64,000 nt of DNA from an uncultured bacterium (GTDB lineage: Bacteria; Patescibacteriota; Dojkabacteria; J137), in NCBI GenBank assembly GCA_963700155.1, contig OY969472.1, positions 680,690 through 744,689 on the forward strand, in the 5' to 3' direction. The notes below the pieces were generated by a model, which was not told the origin of the DNA, did no database searches, and saw only the letters and a list, made by a program, of their open reading frames with translations. Shown here in pieces: positions 26,804 to 36,116 of this stretch. Numbering within the stretch: position 1 is the first letter of the stretch; the number at the start of each line of letters is the position of its first letter. The translations under genes were made by a program, and so were the position numbers.

Positions 26804-29035
26804 ATGAATTTAGTTGTTGTGGAGTCGCCTTCAAAGGCAAAAACAATCAATAAATATTTAGGGAAAGGCTTTATTGTTAAAGCTTCGAAAGGACATGTGA
26901 TCGATCTTCCTAAGTCAAAGATAGGAATAGATATAGAGCATAATTTTGAGCCACAGTATGAAGTTACTAATAAAGACTCTTTAAATGAGCTTAAGAGGCT
27001 CTTTAAAGGTGCAAGTAAGTTAATTCTTGCGGTAGACTTGGATCGAGAGGGAGAAGCCATTGGATGGCATATTGCGCGAGAATTGAAGGTTATAGATAAA
27101 AATGGAAAGCATAAAGGATCAAAGCCGGTAGAAAGAATAGTTTTTCACGAGATTAGTAAGGATGCAATTCAAGAAGCTTTGAAGAATCCCAGAGGGATAG
27201 ATTTGAACTTAGTTAATTCACAACAGGCAAGAAGGTTATTAGATAGACTTGTTGGATATAAACTTTCACCTTTATTATGGAAGAAAATTTCTTTTGGCCT
27301 TTCAGCAGGAAGAGTACAATCTGTTGCTTTAAGATTAGTTGTTGAAAGAGAAGAAGAAAGAGAAAAGTTTAAAAGCGAAGAGTATTGGACAGTTGAGTCT
27401 TTAGTTAAATTAAAGAAAGATAACAAAAAGGTAAAATTAAATTATATCGATGAAACTTTTGATAAAGAAGAGTTGAAGAAAGTTGATTTAAAAGATTTAA
27501 TCAAATTCGAACTTTCTAAAGTTGAGAATAAGAAGCCTGATTTAAAAGATAAAAAAGATGTAGAAAAAATCTTAGAAAATGTAAAAGATCAGGAATGGAT
27601 TATAGATAGTGTAGAAAAGTCCAGATCAAAAAGATATCCAAAACCTCCATTTATTACAAGTACGCTGCAGCAAATGGCTGTTAATTGGTTAGGATTTGGT
27701 GCAAAAAGAACTATGAGAGCGGCTCAAAAGCTATATGAGGCTGGATTAATAACCTATATGAGAACGGATTCTGTCATAATGTCAAATGCTGCTGTAAATC
27801 AAGGAAGAAAGTTTGTAGAGAACAATTTTGGGAAGGAATATATACCTCAGAATGTTGTTCATTATAAATCGAGTAATAAGTCTGCGCAGGAAGCACATGA
27901 ATCTATTAGGCCAGTTGATTTTACAAAAAACTCAACGGATTTAAAATTAGATGGAGATCAAAAAAGAATTTACGACTTAATATGGAAAAGAGCATTGGCA
28001 TCTTTGATGACTCCAGCAGAGATAGATATTGTTAATGTTATTGTAAAGTTACATAAATATGAATTCAAAGCAGTTGGTAGTAGAACACTTTTCCCGGGGT
28101 ACTTAAAAATTTATCCAGAAAAAGTAAGTGAGAACATTCTACCGGAACTTGAGAAGGGCGGGAAACTTTATCCTGAATCTATTTCAGGTTTCCAACACTT
28201 TACACAACCTCCGGCCAGATATTCAGAAGCTACTTTAATAAAGAAACTTGAAGAGCTGGGAATAGGTAGACCTTCAACTTATGCTTCAATAATCTCTACA
28301 ATTATCGATAGAAAGTATGTCATAAATGAAGCTAAGTACTTAATTCCAACTGATGTAGGAAGAGTAGTTAATAAGCTATTAGTCAAATATTTTGATAATA
28401 TTGTTGATTATGGTTTCACTGCAGAGATGGAAAGAGAGTTAGATGATATAGCTGAAGGAAAATTGGATTGGAAAAAAATGCTTAAAGATTTTTATTTCCC
28501 ATTTGAAAAGGAAGTTATAACCCAAGATAAAAAAATCCCACGATCTGAATTTACTGAACTTGGTAAAAGCGATCAGAAGTGCCCAATCTGTGGGAAAGAG
28601 ATGGTTATAAAATTAGGTAGATATGGAAAGTTCTTGAGTTGTGTAGATTATCCAAAATGTAAAGGTATGCTTTCATTAGATGGAAAGAGCCAGGAAGATT
28701 TAGAATCTGAGAAAGATTCTAAAGAATTCAAAGAGATGTATTTAGAAGCGCCCAAAACGGAAGATGGAAGAGAGTATCTACTAAAAGTAGGCAAATTCGG
28801 AAAGTTTTGGGCGCACCCTGATTATCCAAAAGTTAAGGATGCAAAACCACTAGAAATGAAAAAAGCTGCTTTAATAAAAGTTTATGGTGCTATACCAAAG
28901 ACTAAAGATGGTAAAGATTATGTCCTAAGGCATGGAAAGTTTGGAGAATTCTGGGCACATCCTGATTACCCAAAGGTAAAAGATATTATAAGAATTAAGA
29001 AAAAACCTGTAAAAAAAGAACAGGATGTTACGTAA
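26804..29035 (+). CDS. topA: DNA topoisomerase I
   Basis: VVESPSKAKTI, DLDREGEAI, SAGRVQS, LITYMRTDS, GIGRPSTY; C-terminal zinc ribbon. Confidence 0.97.
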   Translation: MNLVVVESPSKAKTINKYLGKGFIVKASKGHVIDLPKSKIGIDIEHNFEPQYEVTNKDSLNELKRLFKGASKLILAVDLDREGEAIGWHIARELKVIDKNGKHKGSKPVERIVFHEISKDAIQEALKNPRGIDLNLVNSQQARRLLDRLVGYKLSPLLWKKISFGLSAGRVQSVALRLVVEREEEREKFKSEEYWTVESLVKLKKDNKKVKLNYIDETFDKEELKKVDLKDLIKFELSKVENKKPDLKDKKDVEKILENVKDQEWIIDSVEKSRSKRYPKPPFITSTLQQMAVNWLGFGAKRTMRAAQKLYEAGLITYMRTDSVIMSNAAVNQGRKFVENNFGKEYIPQNVVHYKSSNKSAQEAHESIRPVDFTKNSTDLKLDGDQKRIYDLIWKRALASLMTPAEIDIVNVIVKLHKYEFKAVGSRTLFPGYLKIYPEKVSENILPELEKGGKLYPESISGFQHFTQPPARYSEATLIKKLEELGIGRPSTYASIISTIIDRKYVINEAKYLIPTDVGRVVNKLLVKYFDNIVDYGFTAEMERELDDIAEGKLDWKKMLKDFYFPFEKEVITQDKKIPRSEFTELGKSDQKCPICGKEMVIKLGRYGKFLSCVDYPKCKGMLSLDGKSQEDLESEKDSKEFKEMYLEAPKTEDGREYLLKVGKFGKFWAHPDYPKVKDAKPLEMKKAALIKVYGAIPKTKDGKDYVLRHGKFGEFWAHPDYPKVKDIIRIKKKPVKKEQDVT

Positions 29036-29117
29036 TTTCCTTGTCAAAACTTTTTGACAATATTCCCTCAAATCAGTATTCTTTTTCACTTTATTAAAAT
29101 AAGAATTTAGAATATGG

Positions 29118-29135
29118 GTAAGTTAGCTAACTTAC
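29118..29135. repeat. Perfect 18-bp palindrome GTAAGTTAGCTAACTTAC
   Basis: Self-complementary; lies in the topA-rpsB intergenic region. Confidence 0.8.
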
Positions 29136-29299
29136 ATTAAATTTATAAAGGTGAATATTTCAAAGTGTACATTTCTGTTATTTCAACTAGAAGGGGATTA
29201 TACCTAAATAATAATATAACATTAGGGTAAAGGAAAATTGATTCACTCAGAAATAAAAATAAAATTGAAAAAATATTAGTTATAAATTACAATAAAATC

Positions 29300-29308
29300 T
29301 GCTATAAT
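29300..29308 (+). promoter_or_regulatory. Extended -10 (TGCTATAAT) of rpsB
   Basis: TGnTATAAT match. Confidence 0.6.
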
Positions 29309-29320
29309 TATCTCTAAATT

Positions 29321-29374
29321 CAGCACTCGGGAAATTATCCTTGTCTTGAAAAATCAAGATCTTCCCGGGGAAGT
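29321..29374 (+). promoter_or_regulatory. Structured rpsB leader (candidate S2 autoregulatory element)
   Basis: ctcgggaa/ttcccggg outer stem and tcttga-aaaa-tcaaga inner hairpin; GC-rich island in an AT-rich UTR. Confidence 0.55.
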
Positions 29375-29401
29375 ATTTTATTTTAATAAAGGAGAAAAAA
29401 T

Positions 29402-30400
29402 ATGGAAGATAAGAAAGAAACTTCAGTTGCAGAAGAAGTAAAAGATACTGCAGAAACTAAAACTAGAGTTAAAGTTTCACTACCCACAATAAAAGATCTT
29501 TTGAAAGCTGGTGTTCAATTTGGACATGAGACAAAAAGATGGAATCCAAAGATGAGAAAATATATCTTTGGTGCAAAAAATAATATTCATATTATCGATG
29601 TTGAACAAACTGAAATAGCTTTAAAAAAAGCAGTTGAATTCCTTCAAGATAGTTCATCAAAAGGTAATGTATTATTTATTGGAACAAAAAATCAAGCCAC
29701 TGATATTGTTAAAAGCGAAGCTATTAGAGCAGGAGCATTCTTTATTGATTCAAGATGGGCAGGAGGTTTATTAACTAATTTCCCAATAGTAAAAAAGAGC
29801 TTAAGTAAATTAAATTCTTTAGAAAAACAACTAGAGGAAGGTGTTGAAGGGAGAACAAAGTATGAGGTTTCAAGAATGAAGAAAGAATGGGAGAGATTAA
29901 GTAGATTATATTCAGGAATTAAAACTTTAACAAATAAACCTGTAGCAGCTGTGATTTTAGATATAAACTTTGAAAAAGCAGCAGTAAAAGAGTGCAGAAA
30001 AGTCCACATTCCTATTGTTGCAATCGTAGATTCAAATGTTGATCCAGATTTGGTAGATTATCCAATTCCTGGGAATGATGATGCAATTAATTCGATTTCA
30101 TTAATAGTAAAAACATTAGCAGATGCAGTTTTAGCTGGGAATGCAGGAAAAGGTGTTAAACATGATCTTAAAGACTATTCTAAAATTGAAGTAAAAATCG
30201 TAAAAAGTGATGAGAATATTGAAGAGGTAGAACCAAGAGAAGTAATTGAGGGAGAAGCTCCAGAAATGTCTCCTGATACAAGTAAAAATACAGAGTCTAA
30301 ACCTGCAAGATCCAGAAAGAAAGTTAAAGGTATTTTAGAAAAAGTTAAAGAAGAAGCTCAGGAAAAAGGTAAAAAACCAAAGAGAGCTTCAAAGAAATAA
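29402..30400 (+). CDS. rpsB: 30S ribosomal protein S2 with long charged C-terminal extension
   Basis: AGVQFGH..KRWNPKM, RWAGGLLTN, IPGNDDA. Confidence 0.97.
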   Translation: MEDKKETSVAEEVKDTAETKTRVKVSLPTIKDLLKAGVQFGHETKRWNPKMRKYIFGAKNNIHIIDVEQTEIALKKAVEFLQDSSSKGNVLFIGTKNQATDIVKSEAIRAGAFFIDSRWAGGLLTNFPIVKKSLSKLNSLEKQLEEGVEGRTKYEVSRMKKEWERLSRLYSGIKTLTNKPVAAVILDINFEKAAVKECRKVHIPIVAIVDSNVDPDLVDYPIPGNDDAINSISLIVKTLADAVLAGNAGKGVKHDLKDYSKIEVKIVKSDENIEEVEPREVIEGEAPEMSPDTSKNTESKPARSRKKVKGILEKVKEEAQEKGKKPKRASKK

Positions 30401-30420
30401 TATTTATTATTTACTTAAAT

Positions 30421-31029
30421 ATGATAACAATTGATCAAATCAAAGAACTTAGAGCAATGACCGGAGCAGGAGTAAATGCAGTAAGAGAAGCACTTGAGTC
30501 ATCTAACGGTAACGTTGATGATGCTGTCAAGTACTTAAGAGAAAAGGGAATCGCCAAAGGAGAGAAGAGAAAAGATAAAGTTGCTAGCAATGGACTTTTA
30601 GGGACATACATTCACGGGAACAACAGACTTGTTGTTGTTGTTTCAGTAGCTTGTGAGACTGATTTTGCTTCAAATGGAGAAGATATGAAAAAATTTGCGC
30701 AGGATTTGGCATTACATGTTGCAGCTGTTAATCCTAAGTATGTTAGTATTGAGGCAATTGACAAGGATGCATTAGCCACAGAAGTTGAGTTAGCAGAAAA
30801 AGGAATTGAAAATAAACCTGAAGAATTAAGAAGAACTATTGTTGATGGGAAATTACAAAAGTTTTATAAAGAAACGGTTTTATTAAAACAACCTTTATTT
30901 ACTGACGATTCCAAAACAGTTGAGGATTACTTGAATGAGATGGTTGCAAAGATAGGTGAAAAAATTCAGATCACAGGATTTTATAGAATTCAAATTGCTG
31001 GAGAAACAGTAATTTCTTCAATAGAATAA
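30421..31029 (+). CDS. tsf: Elongation factor Ts (short form)
   Basis: IKELRAMTGAG, CETDFA; 202 aa. Confidence 0.95.
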   Translation: MITIDQIKELRAMTGAGVNAVREALESSNGNVDDAVKYLREKGIAKGEKRKDKVASNGLLGTYIHGNNRLVVVVSVACETDFASNGEDMKKFAQDLALHVAAVNPKYVSIEAIDKDALATEVELAEKGIENKPEELRRTIVDGKLQKFYKETVLLKQPLFTDDSKTVEDYLNEMVAKIGEKIQITGFYRIQIAGETVISSIE

Positions 31030-31037
31030 GTTATTAT

Positions 31038-31076
31038 GAAGTTCGGCTGAATATCTTGAATATTCAGCCGAACTTC
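31038..31076 (+). terminator. 17-bp perfect hairpin between tsf and frr
   Basis: gaagttcggctgaatat-cttga-atattcagccgaacttc; no strong U-tract. Confidence 0.6.
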
Positions 31077-31126
31077 TATACAATCCTTATAAAGTCCGCT
31101 TCTATTTAATTATTATAAATTTTTCT

Positions 31127-31675
31127 ATGTTGTTTGATGAAGCTTCGTTAAGAAATGATCTGGAGAAAGTTGTAAATTCACTTAAAGAAGATATGAAGGA
31201 CATTAGAACAGGTAGACCTTCAATAGATTTTTTTGATAAGGTCATGGTTGATTACTATGGAACTAAAACTCAGCTTACATATATGGCGCAAATAGCGTTT
31301 GACAGTGCAATGAGCATGACAATAAGAATACATGATAAAAACGCCTCTAATGAGGTTAAAAAAGCTTTAGATGAGGCAAACATAGGTGCTTCAATAAATG
31401 AAGCCGAGAAAGGGATTTTTAAGCTGAATTTTCAGCCATTAACAGAAGAGGACAGGGTGCAGAAAGTAAAAGATTTAGGAAAACTTCTTGAGGAGAAAAA
31501 AATAAGAGCGAGGCAAGTTAGACAAGAATATATGGAAGGTGTTAAAAATCTAGAGAAAGTTTCTGAAGATGATCAAAAGAGAAGTGAAGAAGCTATTCAA
31601 AAAATAATCGATGAATATATTGATAAACTTGATCAGGCATCTTCGGAAAAACAGAGCGAGCTTATGATTATTTAA
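31127..31675 (+). CDS. frr: Ribosome recycling factor
   Basis: IRTGRPS, VDYYG, PLTEEDR, VSEDD. Confidence 0.93.
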   Translation: MLFDEASLRNDLEKVVNSLKEDMKDIRTGRPSIDFFDKVMVDYYGTKTQLTYMAQIAFDSAMSMTIRIHDKNASNEVKKALDEANIGASINEAEKGIFKLNFQPLTEEDRVQKVKDLGKLLEEKKIRARQVRQEYMEGVKNLEKVSEDDQKRSEEAIQKIIDEYIDKLDQASSEKQSELMII

Positions 31676-31688
31676 TTTCTAATTAATA

Positions 31689-32846
31689 ATGAATCTTCTT
31701 TTAACGATATTTTTCTTAATTGTAATAATTAGTGTTGTTGTTTTTGTTCATGAGCTTGGACATTTTCTTACTGCCAAGTTCTTTAAAATGACAGTAAATG
31801 AATTTTCAATTGGCTTCGGGAAAAAGTTATTCACAAAATATTATAAAGGTACATCATATTCATTTAGGTTAATTCCATTAGGTGGCTTTGTTGAACTTGA
31901 AGGGGAACATAGCTCTCAAGATCCAAATAGTTTTAGAAATAGACCTTTTTATCAAAAAACATTGGTTTTAGTTGCCGGTGTAACGATGAATGTGATTTTG
32001 GCTGTAATATTATTAACAATTTTTTTAGCTACTAATAATTATAATTTTCTTGCTCCTAAAATAATTGATTATAGTTTTAATAATACAATTTCACAGGAAT
32101 CATATTCTCCAATAAGTGTAGCTAGTGTTTTAAAAGGTGGAAGATCTGAAGGAATTTTAAATTCTGGTGAAATAATAGTTGCAATCAATAACAATGCTTT
32201 TACAAGTTTTGATAATTTCTCCGAGTTATTAAAGGAAAACCAAGACAAGGAGGTTACCTTTACTTTGATAAATCCTGATACAAATGATACGTATTCCAAA
32301 AGCTTAAGATTGGGTTCTCAAAATAAGGATGGGGCGATTCTAGATGTTCAGCTTACTCCGACTAATTCACAAATATACCTTATTAAGTATAATAAAAATA
32401 TTACTGCAGGAGTTTCAATGACATATGATGTATTTGTTTATCAGGTTAAGGCGATTGGTTTCCTAATCGGTAATAGTTTTAAAACAGGTGATTATAATGA
32501 GCTTTCACAAACAGTAGGAGGAATACCGCAAGTTACAGATCAGATAGGACTGGCTGTAGAAGCGAATGCGTTTAATTATCTTTTATCTTTAAGCGGTTTG
32601 GTTAGTATATCACTAGCTTTTTTCAATATTCTTCCTTTCCCAGCATTAGATGGAGGACAAATAGTTGTAGCATTTCTTGAAAAAGTAAGAAGGAAAAAGT
32701 TCTCGGATGCGGTATTAAATAGAGTAAACTTGGCTGGATTTGCATTATTAATAATTTTTGCTTTATTAATAAATTTGAAAGATGTTATACAGCTTGGGTG
32801 GGTTGGGGATTTTTTAAATGGAATAAAAAGTGTTTTAGGTAAATGA
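31689..32846 (+). CDS. rseP: RIP metalloprotease RseP (M50, PDZ)
   Basis: HELGH, LIPLGGFV, AGVTMN, NILPFPALDGG. Confidence 0.93.
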   Translation: MNLLLTIFFLIVIISVVVFVHELGHFLTAKFFKMTVNEFSIGFGKKLFTKYYKGTSYSFRLIPLGGFVELEGEHSSQDPNSFRNRPFYQKTLVLVAGVTMNVILAVILLTIFLATNNYNFLAPKIIDYSFNNTISQESYSPISVASVLKGGRSEGILNSGEIIVAINNNAFTSFDNFSELLKENQDKEVTFTLINPDTNDTYSKSLRLGSQNKDGAILDVQLTPTNSQIYLIKYNKNITAGVSMTYDVFVYQVKAIGFLIGNSFKTGDYNELSQTVGGIPQVTDQIGLAVEANAFNYLLSLSGLVSISLAFFNILPFPALDGGQIVVAFLEKVRRKKFSDAVLNRVNLAGFALLIIFALLINLKDVIQLGWVGDFLNGIKSVLGK

Positions 32847-32910
32847 TTTTTATGCTAAAATTACAACCACTAATTAAATTTAATCATTTCTGAGGAGGTA
32901 ATATTTAAAT

Positions 32911-33117
32911 ATGTCAGTAATCGTTCACGATGATATGCCGATTGACTTAGCTTTAAGACTTTTGTGGAGAGAAGCGACAAGAGAAGGTGTTATAGAAAAG
33001 CTCGAAGAGAAGAGATACTATGTACCAAAAACTGCAAAAGTTCACGATGCCAAAAAGGTTTTCGCAAAAACTAAAAGAAGAAGAAGATCTGCAGCTAGAA
33101 AGAAAAAAGCATCATAA
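32911..33117 (+). CDS. rpsU: 30S ribosomal protein S21
   Basis: V...IDLALR...EGVI...RYYVPK..., basic C-terminus; SD-like GAGGAGG upstream. Confidence 0.78.
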   Translation: MSVIVHDDMPIDLALRLLWREATREGVIEKLEEKRYYVPKTAKVHDAKKVFAKTKRRRRSAARKKKAS

Positions 33118-33127
33118 AATAAAATTT

Positions 33128-33165
33128 AAAAGGAGGGTTGGACTTAAGCCCAACCCTCCTTTTTT
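33128..33165 (+). terminator. Intrinsic terminator after rpsU
   Basis: aaaaggagggttgg...ccaaccctcctttttt. Confidence 0.88.
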
Positions 33166-33260
33166 ATGCTTATTTTTTATCTTAATGTAAAAAATATCTG
33201 TTGTATAATTGTTGAAGTTCATAGTATCTTGTTTCCTATAAATAAATTTATTTGTATCAG

Positions 33261-34757
33261 ATGTCTGAAGTCTTATATAGAAAATATCGCTCAAAAAACT
33301 TTAAAGAAATATTTGGTCAGGAACATATTGTTTCGATTTTGACTGAATCAGTTTTAACTTCAAATGTTTCTCATGGTTATTTATTTTGTGGACCTAGGGG
33401 TACAGGAAAGACTTCATTAGCAAGACTTTTAGCTAAAGCAGTAAACTGTGAGAAATTTGGTGAATTGAAAGATGTTTGTAATGAATGTACTTACTGCAAT
33501 ATGATAAATAATGGAGAAACAATGGATATTATAGAGATGGATGCTGCATCTAACAGGGGAATAGAAGAAATCAGAAGCATGAGGGACACTGTAAATTATA
33601 TGCCTACCTCTTTAAAAAAGAAGGTTTATATTATTGATGAAGCCCATATGCTTACAAAAGAAGCTTTTAATGCATTATTAAAAACTTTAGAAGAACCTCC
33701 TGAGCATGTAATTTTTATTTTAGCAACGACTGAGCCACACAAATTACCAATCACTGTACTTTCAAGAGTCCAAAGATATGATTTAAATCTTGCATCTGAA
33801 AAAGACTTAACTGAGAAGATAAAGTCAATTATTTCGCAGGAGAACAGAGAGATTGATAATAAATCATTAGAAATAATTTATAATAAATCAGGTGGGAGTT
33901 TTAGAGACGCAGAGAGTATTCTAGGTAAGGTTTTATCTTCAACTTCAAACAAAAAAATAACTGAGAAAGATCTTTATAATTCATTAGGTATATTGGAAGA
34001 GAATTTAGTAGATGGGTTTATCAAGGTTCTAAAGGATAAAGATGTCGATAATGCAATACTAAAACTTAGAGAACTATTCTCAAAAACCGGTTCTGTTAAT
34101 AATATTATTGATCAGTCACTTGAGCAACTTAGAATGAAGATGCTAAAAAAAGATAAGGTTGACAGAGATATCTTTAACTTAGCTAACTTTTTTATTAACT
34201 TGAAAAGAGACCTTAAAGAATTTAACGATAAAATGACTTTAATGGAAGTTGAGCTTATTAATTTTTGTTCTTCAAATTTAAACCAATCTCCTAAAGTTCA
34301 ATTGAGTACTCAGAAAGATATAGCAGAAGATAAAAAAAAAGCACAAAATAGCTCGGTTATAAAGGCAGAAGGAGGAGATATTGAAAATTTTATTAATTAT
34401 ATTTCAACAAATTCTAAAGAAACTTTTCCTAGATTAAATTCACTTTTAGAAAGTTGTAAGATATCTGTTAAAGACAATGTTTTGTTTATACAGAATCATC
34501 ATAAGATAAATTTAATATATTTGGAAAGAACTGACGTAAAAGATTATTTAACACAAGCTTCTACTAAATTTTTTAAGGCCGATGTGATAAAATTTTCAGT
34601 TAGGAAAGAGTCTAAAAAAGATAAAGAGGCCAAGGTGGATAATCTGAAAGAAGAAAATATTGAAATGAAAGCTGAGGAAATTGTAAATAAAGAGCCTGAA
34701 AAGAAAGTAAAAAAGGAACAATTAGATAACAGTAGCCTTGTTGAGGATATTTTATAA
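33261..34757 (+). CDS. dnaX: DNA polymerase III subunit gamma/tau
   Basis: LYRKYR, GPRGTGKT, Cys4 zinc module, EMDAASNRG, IIDEAHML, LKTLEEPP, SRVQ; ATG at 33261. Confidence 0.96.
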   Translation: MSEVLYRKYRSKNFKEIFGQEHIVSILTESVLTSNVSHGYLFCGPRGTGKTSLARLLAKAVNCEKFGELKDVCNECTYCNMINNGETMDIIEMDAASNRGIEEIRSMRDTVNYMPTSLKKKVYIIDEAHMLTKEAFNALLKTLEEPPEHVIFILATTEPHKLPITVLSRVQRYDLNLASEKDLTEKIKSIISQENREIDNKSLEIIYNKSGGSFRDAESILGKVLSSTSNKKITEKDLYNSLGILEENLVDGFIKVLKDKDVDNAILKLRELFSKTGSVNNIIDQSLEQLRMKMLKKDKVDRDIFNLANFFINLKRDLKEFNDKMTLMEVELINFCSSNLNQSPKVQLSTQKDIAEDKKKAQNSSVIKAEGGDIENFINYISTNSKETFPRLNSLLESCKISVKDNVLFIQNHHKINLIYLERTDVKDYLTQASTKFFKADVIKFSVRKESKKDKEAKVDNLKEENIEMKAEEIVNKEPEKKVKKEQLDNSSLVEDIL

Positions 34758-34779
34758 AATTATTTATTATTATTTTTGT

Positions 34780-35097
34780 ATGGGAGTTTTTGATATGGCG
34801 AAAATGGCTTCAAAAGCAATGAAAGCCAGAGGTATGATGAAAAAAATCGAAGCTGCAGGCCAGTCTGGAGTTGTTTCATTAGTTATGAATGGTCTTTATA
34901 GTATTGATGATATGGAAGTAGATACTGATGCGTTGATTGAAAAGGTTGGGAATAAATCAGTTGAAGATGCTATCAAAGAGAGTGCAAATATTATTAAAAG
35001 AGATACGAAAGACGCTGTTGAAGATGCTAAAAAACAGTTAGAAAAAGAAATGGCAAATGCTACAAGTCTCGATGATTTGAAGGATATGTTAGGTTAA
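34780..35097 (+). CDS. ybaB: YbaB/EbfC-family nucleoid-associated protein
   Basis: AAGQSGVVSLVMNG pattern; dnaX-ybaB-recR synteny. Confidence 0.75.
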   Translation: MGVFDMAKMASKAMKARGMMKKIEAAGQSGVVSLVMNGLYSIDDMEVDTDALIEKVGNKSVEDAIKESANIIKRDTKDAVEDAKKQLEKEMANATSLDDLKDMLG

Positions 35098-35100
35098 TTT

Positions 35101-35703
35101 ATGGCTTTACCAAAAGAGATTCAAAATCTAAGTGATTTGTTTTCAAGACTTCCAAATATAGGGCCTAAACTTTCAAGTCGATTGGCTCTTTTTCTTGCTG
35201 TTCCTGGAAAAGATTTGGCAATGAAATTAAGTCAGTCATTAGATGATATTGTTGTTAAAATTAAAACCTGTTCTAATTGTGGAAATGTTACAACTGAAGA
35301 GGTTTGTGAAATATGCTCAGACAAATTAAGAGATCCTAAAACGATGCTTATTGTTGAAGATCCTTTGGATTTGGTAAATATAGAAGCAACAGGAGAATTT
35401 CAAGGACTTTATCATGTTCTTAATGGAGTTATTTCACCTATAAATGGGATCGGCCCAGATGATTTAAATATAGCTAAGTTAGTTGAACGAATAAAAGATC
35501 TCAATTGTGAAGAAGTAATTTTTGCTCTAAATCCAAATATTGAAGGTGATGCTACAAGTATGTTTATTAAAGAAGAAATTGAGAAAGTAAATCCTTCTAT
35601 TAAGTTTACCAGATTGGCAAAGGGTATTCCAGCTGGGGGAGATATTGAATTTGTTTCAAATCAAACGATTATTGATTCAATGAAGAGTAGAACTTCTTTT
35701 TAA
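35101..35703 (+). CDS. recR: Recombination protein RecR
   Basis: LPNIGPK HhH, CxxC..CxxC, YHVLNG, EGDAT. Confidence 0.96.
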   Translation: MALPKEIQNLSDLFSRLPNIGPKLSSRLALFLAVPGKDLAMKLSQSLDDIVVKIKTCSNCGNVTTEEVCEICSDKLRDPKTMLIVEDPLDLVNIEATGEFQGLYHVLNGVISPINGIGPDDLNIAKLVERIKDLNCEEVIFALNPNIEGDATSMFIKEEIEKVNPSIKFTRLAKGIPAGGDIEFVSNQTIIDSMKSRTSF

Positions 35704-35798
35704 TTACCAGCTAGTTAATTTATTGATTTTATTGTTTTAATTTACTATTACTTATTGTATAATTCCATGTTAATTTTAGATTATTAAATATTGCAAAT

Positions 35799-36089
35799 AT
35801 GGATTATGAATTGATGCTGTTGTTAAGACCTTTGACTAATGAAGATATAAAGGAGAAAGTTTTTCCCAAGATTGAAAAAATAGTTAGCAATCTTAAAGGT
35901 AAGATTGAAATAAAAGATTCAATTGGAAAACGAATGCTTGCATACGATATTGATGGATTCAAAGAGGGGTTCTATTTGGTTTGTAATTTGAATATTCCAA
36001 GAGAGAATATTGAAAAGTTAGAAAAATCATTCAAGTTAATGAATAACGAATTAATTAGATTCTTAATGTTAGATACTAAAAAACTCTAA
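35799..36089 (+). CDS. rpsF: 30S ribosomal protein S6
   Basis: YELMLLL, GKRMLAYDI, GFY; rpsF-ssb-rpsR synteny. Confidence 0.92.
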   Translation: MDYELMLLLRPLTNEDIKEKVFPKIEKIVSNLKGKIEIKDSIGKRMLAYDIDGFKEGFYLVCNLNIPRENIEKLEKSFKLMNNELIRFLMLDTKKL

Positions 36090-36116
36090 ATTTAACTAGT
36101 TTATTAATTTAAGGAT

